DNA from: Chromera velia
Taxonomy: Eukaryota
Direction of reading: 5' to 3'
NCBI GenBank assembly: GCA_018398765.1
Contig: JAHBMJ010000161.1
Span: 1-54,170 of the forward strand
Length of the DNA stretch: 54,170 nt
Shown: positions 11,260-22,659 of the stretch, piece after piece
Layout: each line of letters opens with the position of its first letter
Position numbering within the stretch: the stretch's first letter is position 1
Translations under genes and position numbers: made by a program
Notes under the pieces: generated by a model
Database searches by the model: none
What the model was told of the DNA's origin: nothing
Seen by the model: the letters and a program-made list of their open reading frames with translations, nothing else

Positions 11260-12273
11260 GAGAAGGAAGGAAGGAAAAATGGTGGACGTCATACGCAGCC
11301 CCTCTCTCTAGCTGTGCATGCCCCGTTGTGGCATGAACACATGCAGCCTGGGAGTGAATTTCATGAATGCTTGCATGGTGTCAATGAACTCTGCGTGCAC
11401 GCGTGTGTGCACACATACACTTGTTGATGCTGGTCTTCTCTGTCGAGGATCTGAGATGTTTTTTGTCCCTTCTCTTCTTCTGTCTTATTTCACTTCCCGC
11501 TCCCGAACCATGCAGTCTTCTTCCTACCTTTCCCACCGAATTCGATCAGATCGAGTACTTAAATTTGTTGCATGCATGCCTTTCCTTTGGTAGAGGGAAG
11601 ACGTGAAGTTACGGCTGGACAATCGTGCATCTACGTGCATGACTGCGCATGCTCGTTCTCGGGCTCTTGTCAGACCATACGTGTGTACAGATGTACATGC
11701 AGAAACAGTCACATGCATTTTACCTTCTTCTTTTACAATACAGAGTGTCAATACTCCTACGGGTTTAATTTAATGCTAGATTTAATGTTTTTAAAGTGCT
11801 TTTTTTGCTGAGGTAGCTAGTCAAATGATAAAAAAAAACACTTTGACGTCAATTATTTAATTAAAAATTTACAAGTGCATAAAGGTTGGCCAGAGCGTAT
11901 ATGGCTCTGATTCATTGGCTCACCGGCTTTAACCTCACACATCATCATCATCAGTTTGTTTCAAGTTAGTACGCAACCTAGGCTTGAAGGATTGATTGAT
12001 TGATTGATTGTATGATTAAGTGATTAATTATAAATGTTGCTGTTAAAGCTGGTGCTAGAGCTGGTAACCATTTTCACTACCATTTAGTCTGATTTTTTTA
12101 ACGATTTTCACGTACCATAGGGATTGATTATATCACTCTGAAAGGAGTTCTACTTATATTAATTATCGACAAAGAAGTTTAAAGGAAGTTATCGTTCTAT
12201 GTATACTGTACGTCATGCATCATCTACGCCATCATTCAGGGGTTACTGACACAACCAGCGACATTACATGCAG

Positions 12274-14265
12274 TCAATGAATTTGAAACGCATGTCCTCC
12301 TCCAAAGACTTCTTCTTTCATTTCTTTCTGCTGTTCTAAGTCCACTGGGTATCCTCTCGCTACAAGTGCTCCCTCACTTATTTCAACCCCCTCAGGAAAC
12401 GGAACAGCCTCGCCACAGTTAAGCCAGAAGAGCCGTGGCACTGATGCCACTGGATCTCCACCCCCTCCCCTCTCTGCGTCTTCGTCCTGCACTTGCATTT
12501 CCTCTGGCAATACATCTTGACCTATTTCCCTCCCGAAGGAGAAGGAATACTTCCCCCCCGCGCCTCTGAGCCGCCGGGCTGCGTAGAAGACCCGCTCCGC
12601 CCGCTCTCCAGCTAGCCGCGGGGGTGGGGTGTACAAAACAAGTGCGTTCAGAAGAACATCTGCCAGGGGGATCCAGCTCTCCATTGCCCAGTGACGCCGC
12701 GCATTGCCACCGAGCTCTGGTCGGAGTTGAGCACCAAGAACCGCAGCTCTCTCCTCGTCCCCAGCTTCAAATGCCGCCATGGCATCTCGAAGCGGTCTCA
12801 AAACCAAGAGACAAAATCCCCTTTCTCTCGACACACCCGTTGCTCTCCTGCCATCTGAGGCAGCTTTGAAAAACTGATCCCCCCACGCACGGTCAAGAAG
12901 TGCGGTGACTCTGTCAGCGTCCCAACCCCGGCTGGCCCCAAACTTTTCCAACAGCCCCCGCAAAGTAAACCCCCACCCCCCAATCGACTCAGCAACACTC
13001 AGCGACCCCCTACCGAAAACCACTTGACCCCCCCTGACATCTAGGCCATCCAGCCCATGGGATTCCATCATATCACTCACCTCACTGATGATGGCGGTAA
13101 GTCTCATGTACACGTCTTCATCGTCTGGTACGAGCGCTTGGAGCTTATCGATCTTGTTCATCAACAAGACCGGGCGGATGCGATGGGCCAGTGCGAGTCT
13201 CAGCTGAGTGCGAAACTGGGCTGTGAGCCCTTCTGCGCAGTCGACAACTAGCAGGGCCCCCTCGAGTAAGGGCAACGTGGCCTCGATTTGGTCTGTAGCG
13301 TAAAATGGGGGTGCGGTGAGGTGCACCAAATAGGGGGTCGGCAGGCCTGGTGAGGGCTGAAACCGCAGGGGGAGAGAGAGCCAGGGACTCTGATGGCGTT
13401 CTGTGGAATTGGGTTCGAGCTTGACACTCTTACCGGCAGGGTTCTTTACCGCAACTCCTGTCCAGCTTCTGTGTCTGGTGAGGTAGCCCAAAAGGCTGTC
13501 TTGTCCGTGATCGGTGGGAGCTAAGACAATGACGTTTCGGATGCGGCCTCGGTGGGAAATGACGGGAGAGAGATCGAAAAAGAGATCACCCGGTCCCTTC
13601 TGTGGCGATCTAGAAAAACACGCCACCCCCTGCCTGCTGCTTCCTGCAATTTCGACTTCGAGTGGGGAGAGGAGACCGCTCTGCAACGCCTCTGTCCACA
13701 CTGCTTTCAAGGGAGAGAAACAAATGTCGTCAAAAATCACGACAGCCGACGGGCGGGCAAGTCTCAAGGCATTTACTAGGTCGGCCTTTGCGTTTTCTGG
13801 CTGATGGTCGCCATCAATGTGGAAAAGATCGGCTTTGAAGTTTGGATTGTCTCGCGCATACTCTGGCATTGTGTGCTGGGATCTGCCTGGAATCAGCTCG
13901 AGTCTTCCCGGAAAGACTTCCTGAAGAACGCGGCAACAACCCTCAGTGTACTTGTGTTCACAGATGTCAAAGGCCAAAAGCCTGACGGAAGGGTGGGCAC
14001 TGAGTGCAAGCGCAGCGGAGTGACCGGCATTGAAGCCTACTTCCACCACTGTTGAGTCAATTGGTGGGAGGGCTTTGCAGAGACTCCAGAGGTTTCGTTG
14101 CTTGGCTTCATTTTTGGGATTTTTATTGAAGCTGTGGTGAATATACAGCAAGTTTCCCTCTAATGGCTCTCCTGACTCCTGCGCGACGGCATCCAGGCGT
14201 GCAAATACGGGAGAGAGCTTTTCAATGACAGAAGTCATGCTGTCTCCATCTATTAGAGAAAACAT
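12274..14265 (-). CDS. Intronless 663-aa fusion: class I SAM-dependent methyltransferase (Methyltransf_24-like) plus degenerate eEF2-like G domain
   Basis: N-half: VVEVGFNAGHSA (motif I), LLAFDI, LELIPGRS, DLFHIDGDH, VVIFDD. C-half is collinear with eEF2: RIRNVIVLAPTDHG, GALLVVDCAEG..Q..QLRLALAHRIRPVLLMNKIDKL, GQVVFG..GWGFTL, WGDQFF, RGFCLLVLRPL, WIPLADVLL..V...PPP, FSFGR. Confidence 0.88.
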   Translation of the reverse strand: MFSLIDGDSMTSVIEKLSPVFARLDAVAQESGEPLEGNLLYIHHSFNKNPKNEAKQRNLWSLCKALPPIDSTVVEVGFNAGHSAALALSAHPSVRLLAFDICEHKYTEGCCRVLQEVFPGRLELIPGRSQHTMPEYARDNPNFKADLFHIDGDHQPENAKADLVNALRLARPSAVVIFDDICFSPLKAVWTEALQSGLLSPLEVEIAGSSRQGVACFSRSPQKGPGDLFFDLSPVISHRGRIRNVIVLAPTDHGQDSLLGYLTRHRSWTGVAVKNPAGKSVKLEPNSTERHQSPWLSLPLRFQPSPGLPTPYLVHLTAPPFYATDQIEATLPLLEGALLVVDCAEGLTAQFRTQLRLALAHRIRPVLLMNKIDKLQALVPDDEDVYMRLTAIISEVSDMMESHGLDGLDVRGGQVVFGRGSLSVAESIGGWGFTLRGLLEKFGASRGWDADRVTALLDRAWGDQFFKAASDGRRATGVSRERGFCLLVLRPLRDAMAAFEAGDEERAAVLGAQLRPELGGNARRHWAMESWIPLADVLLNALVLYTPPPRLAGERAERVFYAARRLRGAGGKYSFSFGREIGQDVLPEEMQVQDEDAERGGGGDPVASVPRLFWLNCGEAVPFPEGVEISEGALVARGYPVDLEQQKEMKEEVFGGGHAFQIH

Positions 14266-15124
14266 CGTTGCGAAAGGGTCTCAAAAGAAGGTGTGGCACT
14301 TTGCACTATACAGCTGTCAGTTGACGATGTCTATGCACTGAGCCACGAGTCTGCAGCGACACTGAGAGCTCAACAGCCTGTGACGAAAAGGGACAGGGTG
14401 CAGCTTCTTCTGGACTCCTGACAAGTCGCACTTCAAATCAAAAACACATGCATGCAGACGGGAGACTGATTCACCTCGCATATACGACTGCATGCGTTTC
14501 GCGTGCTCTCAAGCTGGCTGTCCCTGCAGACAGTCGAAGTACAACCGTGTCTCGGCTATTCGTGTTTCCTCTTCCTGTATATATTCTATGATCAAAAGTG
14601 ACCTTTATCCATCATTTTACATCCGTCTATCCCGCGACTCGGTCTGCCAGGCAGTCAAATCGAATTCGCGATCGAATGGGCCCGCGCGGCTGATCGCGCA
14701 CAAACAACACATATGTGCCAGTTTTGCTTGTGCATGTGCATGCAGGCACTCGAGTGTTGCATTCGCTAGCTGTTGCAAAGTGTTGCTTACATGTTGCATT
14801 CGCATGCAGAAACGCATGTGTTGCAATATATATGCGTATACATAACGCATACATACCAAGAATTGGCACGTGCTTGTACTGCAAAGACAAACCGTTGCTC
14901 AAAAGATTGCAGCTAGGTCCAGCTGGCTGGTCAGGAACTCACCAGACCACGCCCGGAACTCACACATTTACTGGAAGTGTGGAGGAAAAGGATGTAGAAA
15001 AACTCCCAAACAACGGAGTGGAAGGGCAAAGTGCAAGCCAACAAGAGAACTACGTATTCTTGGCGGCAATGCACAAAGTGTGCCTGAACTCATGTCACTT
15101 CGTTGAGGCAGACTTACTCTCTCG

Positions 15125-17294
15125 ATGCGCATTCTTCTTCTGCTACTCCTGTGGAACGCAGCTGCAGTAGAAGAGACACACACTGGAGGAGACTGTGACG
15201 CGAGCATGACCAGCTGCTCACTGAACGAAGAGAGGAATGAGGTCGGGCCTGAAGCACGATTTCCCCCCCTGAATACCCTCTCCACAACGTTTCCCAAACA
15301 CTGTGTCACGGTTCAATCAGCCTTTGGGTATTTCATCCCAAACGTGCATACAAATGCGTGAATGAATGCAGATACCTTCTTCCTGTCCAGAGGGACTGGA
15401 GCCCTGCGCCGACAGGACCACAGGAGACCCACCCTGCTGTCAGACCGAGACCCCCAAGACCACAGACACCAACGACGCGACTGATGGGGCCACGGATCCC
15501 TGCCCGGCCGGATGGGTGTACGTTGCACTGGTCAGTCGGTTCCCGTCCCATCTGTATCAGGGCACTCCCCAAGCATCTTGAATTTGGGGCAAGCGTTTTG
15601 ACCCCTATGACTTTTCCAATGGCGGAAACTCTGTCTGCATGCCTATTTGCAATCTCGTGCAATAGACATCGTCAGCCCTGCCCATGATCGTAAGCTTCTT
15701 GCTTGACAGATACACAGATCTACCACAATCCTGCCCGAAAGCGCTGCTTGACTCTGTCTCAGTTCGAACCTCCTTCCCCTGACATTTTCCTTCGGAGCGA
15801 AACAAATCTCCTTTCCCCCCTCCCGCTCTCCCCCCTCCCCTCCACCTATGGACACAATCACCTTCCCTTCCTGCAGGACCCCGAGAGCCTGGTCCCTGCT
15901 GCCTGCATTCGGGAAGTTCTGCCCATTCCGGGCTGCAGAGAGGTCAGCGTTGAAGTCATGGACAAAGAAGGCAGGCAGGCAACAGCACGGATGGGAAGGA
16001 ACGCAAATTGACAGACAAGTGGACAGAATTGCAACATCAGAAAGCGGGCCGGGTAGACATGCAGACAAAACGGTCAAAGAGGCAAGAGGAAAGACAGGTG
16101 GATGGACAGATTGACCATCGAATGATGTATGGAATGAAACGGAATAAATGAATGGACGCTTGGGGCCATCGCACTTCCACCAGATGGCGAATTGCGGAAG
16201 CATAATACGGTCACCTCTCTGCAGGGATTCTACTGGTCCAAAGACGTGCGGGAATGCTTGTCGGTGGAGGAGCAGGCACCCAAATATGAGTCTGAGTGGA
16301 CTCGCACATTATGTCCGTCAGTGACCGGGAGGGGCGTTTGTCTTCAGTCCCTGTTTCCTTTTTTCTTCCCCACTTTTTTGTCTACAATTCCTGCTTCCTT
16401 TTTTCTTCCCCCCTTTTTTGTTTGTTTATGCCGCGTCCTTTTTTTCGGCATGCAAGTCGCCATCAGCCTGTGTCTTCCTTCCTCTTTTGCGGCAACTTCT
16501 GTGATTAACCCAGAGTTACGGGCTGACCGCGCCCATTTTTGTTGCAGACACAGGAAGGAAGGAAGACATTTATCTATGTCCCTTTCCATTTGCTCATCAT
16601 TTTCCTCTCTCATCTGCTCCTGTCGAACTCCAGGCGAGCCCCAATACTTCTGTTCTGCTGAGTACGAAGAGGAAGGTGACAGCTGCGTTGCCACCGTCGC
16701 ATATCCCAAACAACAGGTCGGTCAGGAAAGGGAAGAGAGAGCTAGAAGGCTGGAGGGAGAGGAAAGATCGAAAGAAACGGAGGTTGTATGGTTACTGAGT
16801 AAGCAAACAGGAAAGGAGAGAAGGGAAGGAGGAAGTGTCATCAAATTCTGCGTGCGTCATTCTCATTCTAAATGCCCCCCTGTCTGACGGCCTCCTTCCA
16901 TCCATTTGCTTCTTCCTCACTCTGTATGTGGCGATAAAAGGTCCCGTCATGATGCAGAGGACTTTGTCAGGCGTGCTTTGATCGAGAGTGCCGAGACAGT
17001 GCATGTAAGTGATATGCCTTCTTATGATTGCAAGGACTTGTCTGCATTCATGCAGGTTGTGAAGGAAGTGCGCGTCACAAATTGTCCCCTTCTTCCACTC
17101 TGCCTACCGGTCAGAACCGTCTCTCTCCTCCCTCTTTCCCTCCTTCCCAAATCGACCTTTTCTCCTTCCGCACATACACACGGGGCTCCGATTGATTTTT
17201 CTGATCTCCTTTTTCCTTTTTTGACTCTCTCTCATTCAGTTTTGGCGCTTCCGGCTCATTCTTCCTCTGCGGAGATCTCTTTTTTGTCTGGCTG

Positions 17295-17352
<58 letters not shown>

Positions 17353-20300
17353 ATGATTCTACATCGGACTGTTCTCCGCAGGGCTTCAGCTTCGATCCCG
17401 AGGGAGTTGTGTGCACACGGCTTCTGCAAGACTCTGGACAGGTCCGAGTACACAGGAAGACAGTAGAGGTCCGTCGAGACAAACAATGGAGCAGCTTCGC
17501 TTCATTCTTAGTCTACAACTCTCCAAGGAACGTGCTGTTACTCGTTCTAACATTTCCGTGTTCTCACATGTTGTCTTCTGCAGCGCGTACTGGACATCAT
17601 TCATCTCTCCGTCGATGTCTGATTGGCAAGGTGCGGTGCTCACATGACCCGACGAATGAATCTCCAACGAAGAATCGAATAAGTGCACGCGCTTCCCTGC
17701 AGGAAACGTGCCCATGGGAGTACCTGTGTCCAGAGGGATTCCAGGCACTCAGCCCCAGAGTCGCTGCGGCACTTCCTCCAGTGGACCCACAGAGAGGACA
17801 GGGAAGAGACAGGGAATCTTGGTTCTTCGATCTGCCTGGTCCGTCTTTCTTCTTTTCTTTGCGTCGGTACCTGGGGGGTCAGTCAGATGGATGGCTTTGT
17901 GGGATGGTCTGTCAGCCGGTAGGAAGGAAAGTCTTGCAACTGCATCGGTCGAGTGTGCTTCTTTTCTTTTGGCTTCAAGTTGTTCTGCCTCCCCCCTTCC
18001 CTTCCTCTCCCCTCTAAGAATCGCTCGATCGTTAGAAAGTTTCGTGCCTTTGTCTGCCATTCTACGCATGGAAGCATACATATGCATATATACGTGTGTG
18101 TGTGTGTGTGTGTGTGTGTGTCTGTGTGTGTGTGTGTGTGTGTGTCCTCCCCTTTCTCGATGTATTATCTATCTCTCCATGCAGATGTGGGAGAGTCGGA
18201 GTTCGATACGGAGGACGATAGGGGTGCTCCTGATGAGTGTGTCTTTGTGGAGTCCATCCCCAGGGCCACACAGAAAGACGATGCGGAGGCAGTGGTGCCA
18301 TGTGATGAGGCACCAAGGTGCCCCCCCGGGTTCCTGCCCAGACCCTCGAGAGACCCTGAGGACAGAAGGACATTTGAAGAAGTCACACAGATAGAGAGAG
18401 GTCAGGCAGGGTGGGGTGCTGTGCCTTAGAACGGAAAGAAAGAAAGAAAGAACAGAGAGGGGAAAATGAGAGCGCGCGAGCGCGCCAACGCACACACACA
18501 CACACATACACAGACCCGCAGAGAGAGAGAGAGAGAGAAGAGGGGAAAGAGAGGGAGAACAGAGAGAAAAAAAGAACGGGAGTTTCCTACTCAATCCTTT
18601 GAAAAGAAATGACATCACTCTCTCTGTCCTTTTCATGTTTGTGCGTATGCACGCACGCAGAGGGGATCTGTGGGGCTCTTCGTCTTGCCTCGACTGAGCG
18701 GACAGAGGTCCTGCAGAGAACTGAGTGCCCATTCGAGTTCTTTTGCCCTGAGGTCGGTAGGCGGCAGCGTGGATGTCGTTAGTCTGAAGACCGGTACGCA
18801 TTATTGTGTGGGTCACAAGAAGAAGGAGGGACGCCTTTGCAGTGAGGAAGCAGGAGAGACTTTGGTCACGCGAGCCTTTCAGACCGGAGACACTGTTTTG
18901 TTGCCTCACTCTGCCTGCTGGTGCAAGAAAACTCCCTTTAGAGTTGGTCTTCTTCAGCAAATCCCCAGCATTTTCGTGAGCTTTCTCGTACGTTCGCAAT
19001 TTTTTCTACACGCGTCCCTCTTGCTCCCTTTCTCTGATTTTTTTCTCTCTCACTTTCCCTCTTTCTTTTTATTCTTCTGTCTGCCCGCTTGTGTATCCAT
19101 CGATCTGTGCATGTTTGTTTGTAATTCTAATCGTGAATTCGTTTGTGCATGTGAATGTGTGTACACAGGGCTACAGTGTCCCCCCAGGAGTGGACCCTGC
19201 TGACCTCTCTTTTTGCGTTAGAGGAGAGCTTCTACCTCTGCAGTCCCTCTCTGAGGAATTTGTTGAGGGCGAGGAGCAGCAGGAAGAGTGCGAGATCGAA
19301 ACGAAGTGCCCAGAGGAAACTCCCACCTTGTGCTCGGCAGGATGCTGCGGCCAGCTGCAGGTGGGTGGGAACCAACCGTTCTGTTTCGATCCACTTCCGG
19401 TGAATTGGTTGGAGTTCAGTGCGTCCGATTCCTTTTTGCAGCTTCGTTCTCCTGTCCGGTTTCTCACTGGCGACCCTCTTGGCGTTTTGCTTTCTTCTCG
19501 TTTTGTCTTCCGAGTACAGAACATGAGCCCAAGTGTTGTTGGTCTCGGGACCTCCTTCTCACCCCATTCTCTCTCCAATCTTAACGCCGTTGTCTTTGCT
19601 GATGCCGGGAAATGGTCCGAGGGGCGAGTGCGGACAAATTGAGTGCATGGCCAATGCACATGAATCAATCTGTAGCCGTAGTCGACATGATGGTGGTACA
19701 CATTGATTCTATTGCAGCTCCTGCCACCCCTGTCTGGGTGCGTGAAGGCAGCTCAGTGCTCTGCCATCACACAGGAGAACCATCCCGAGAGCGTGAATAC
19801 AACGGACACTAGAAACGAGACGGATCAGACGGAGCTCCAGTTTGCCGACTGTGTGCGTACAGATGGAAGCAGGGTCTCTCCTTCTTCCTCCAAAGCAGAG
19901 GGGTGTGTGCAGAAATGTCCTGAGGGTTTCGGGTCCTGCTCTGTCCTGGAAGAGGCAGCTGGTAGGCCGCCGGAGTTTGTTCCCTCCCGACTCTTTAAAA
20001 GAAGTGGAAACAAACCTGCACTCAGAATAAGAATCTTACGGGCTGCATGTGTGGAGATGAAATCGGAGGACGTTCGCTTCTTCTCTCTCACAACAGTGCC
20101 TGCGCAGTTTTGTCTTCCATCTCTGGCGCGAACTGGGCTGCAACCTGACAGTCTAGTATCTCTCTTCTCTAATGATGCGATTATCACCATCATTGTCTCT
20201 TATTTTTCCCTGCTGGCTTTGTATCGTTTGCAATCATGCACAGCAGGGAATTTGATTTGATTCTTTGTGCTCTCTTCATGTCTACTTTTTGAAGGGATCG

Positions 20301-22628
20301 GCGTTGAGGGGGCCTCGATGGCGGGCTTTTGTTGTCGCATCTCCATCGGCACGCCGATCTTCTACTGCCCCCGTGAATGCGTCCGGGGCCGAAAAAAGAA
20401 GAAAAACGGTGAGTCCTGAAAGTCCACTCGTGACTTTCTTTTCAAGACGCTCTGCCGTTATGCGTTTCGAACTGTCTCGAAGAGAACGATTCAGCCACTT
20501 TCTTCTCTGATCTATCTGTGCTTGTCAAATTTTGTTTTTCTTCTTCTAATTCTGCAGAGCAAAGAGGACACCCCCCCGAGACTGACGAGAGCCTCGCCTC
20601 CACCCTGCCTCGACTCGCCTACAGTCAGGACTCTTCTTTTGACCTAGGCAGAGCCCCCCTGGGTGTCGGGAACTTCATTCAGAAGTGGAACAAAAACTGG
20701 GCACGCATCAAGCCAGGGGATCATGACCCCTACGCTGCGGGGACTCCTCCTGAGCCGCACTTCTCGTGTGTCCGCCCTGTGCCAAAACGAAAGCACGGGG
20801 AGGAAGGGGGAGAGGAAAACCGCACGGTGCTATGTCCTCCAGGTATGTGTGTTGTCGGCCCAGCAAGAAGGACTAAAGGCACCAGTGCTCTCAATCTGAA
20901 AATTTATTTGTGATCGAGCCTGTCAGAATCAACAATAAGGATGAGATTGACAGTTTCATGCCCGATTCGATTCTGGAAGGAAGCAGGGAGCGAGCAAACG
21001 AAGACACAAACAAAGAAAGCGATCTAGAATATTGTTCGGGTCTCGTGGCCTCGTCGATCGATCTCTTTGTGTGTGTGACTTCTTTCCTTTCTTTCCGTCT
21101 GTCTCAAATGCCCTTCTCTTTGCAGGCACGGAGCAGGTCCCTCCAGGCTTCGACTTGAGTTTCCTTGGGGACATCGTGGTCGTCCATGTGCGTTTTTCTC
21201 TTTTTTTATGGACGGGGGAGGGGGGGAGAAACATGTGCATTGTTTTCTTTCAGGCAGACGTTTCCAAGTACCTGCACACATTCCCAGATTTCTTCTGGAC
21301 TGTTTGCTCTTCTTTCCACCTGTAACCTTTCCTTCCTCTTTGATGTGTTTTGTATGTCCTTTCCCTCTTTGTTTTTTCGCCGATAAACACCGGCGATGGA
21401 CAAAAATGTCTTCTTATGCCATCGCGAACATCAATTCACTTTCAAGCGTGCTGACTGCTTTTCATGCGTGCCTGCTTGAGAAGTATCCATGCTTGTGTGT
21501 ATGTCTGTCTGTCTGTCTGTCTGTCTGTCTGCCTATCTGCCTACCTGACTGATTGCAGGATCTCGAGGGGTGTGTGCGGGAGTACAGGAGAGGGAACGAG
21601 AGGGAGTGGTCGCTGCCTGATTTTCTCTTTTCTGGTCCGTCGGTAGTGCACCTCTCAAACTGCTCAGAAGAAGTACCGGCCCAAATTTCGTCTGAATGCA
21701 CGCTTTTTGAGCGTGGGTTTTGTCGGAAATGCACCAATGGGTCCAGCCGAAAGTGAAGGAAACAGCATAAACAAACATGTTCTTGCGGACGAAGCAAGCC
21801 TCAGTCGCTTGGCTCCTTTGAGCTTTATTTCTTTGTGCATCTTTTTACGCCAATGTGTGGATGTCCAACGGTCAACTTGCAGGAACGCTGTCTTGGTGCT
21901 TGTTGACCAAACAGACAGAGGCGCTGCAGAGATGCCCTCCTGGATGCTCCCGGACTATCGGCAGAAGCCCCGAAGAGCAGGCAGGAGAGGAGGCAGGAGG
22001 AAGCACGCAACCCGAGGAAGAAGGAGAACCTTCACAGCCTGTTAGTGAAGACCCTCCGCCTGAGAGGTGAGTACGTCGGTTGGGTGCATGAATGTTCTTT
22101 CAATGTAGACGCGGTTTGGCGGAGACATGCAGGGCTGCTTTGCTGATACTACCAATCTCCGTTTGGTCTATTGAAAGGAACTTCATTCTATCCTCCTCAC
22201 TCATTCCTTCTCACTCATTCATTCGATCCTGTGGGGTAAATTATTCCTGTTTTTAGTCTGTGTCTCTGTCGCTCTGTCTGCCCGCTTTCGTTGTCAGCAG
22301 ACGGCTCCGGGGACTCGACGATGCCCACCCTGAGCAGACCTACAGTCGTCTGGCAGAGACGTGTGAGGCTTCTGTGGTGTCCGTTTCCGAGGGCTGTCCT
22401 TTTGGGTATGAGGAATGCGAAGAGTCAAAGCACGGATGGGCGTTTGGGTGGAAGAATGAGACGGACGGACAGACGTGCTGCCAAGTCAGTGGGCACGCAA
22501 AGTGCTTCTGTCGACATCAATAGTGCAGAGAAAGACGCGACAATCAAGCTGTCTTCTTTTTCAGGCCTGCCGTCTGCTGTCTCTCTCTCTCTCTCTCTCC
22601 CCCCCCCCCCTCTCTCTCTCTCTCTCTT

Positions 22629-22659
<31 letters not shown>

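Noticed and set aside
12274..13545. Functional elongation factor 2 gene
   Set aside because: The P-loop lysine and DxxG are lost and domains III-V are missing, so it cannot be a canonical translocase.
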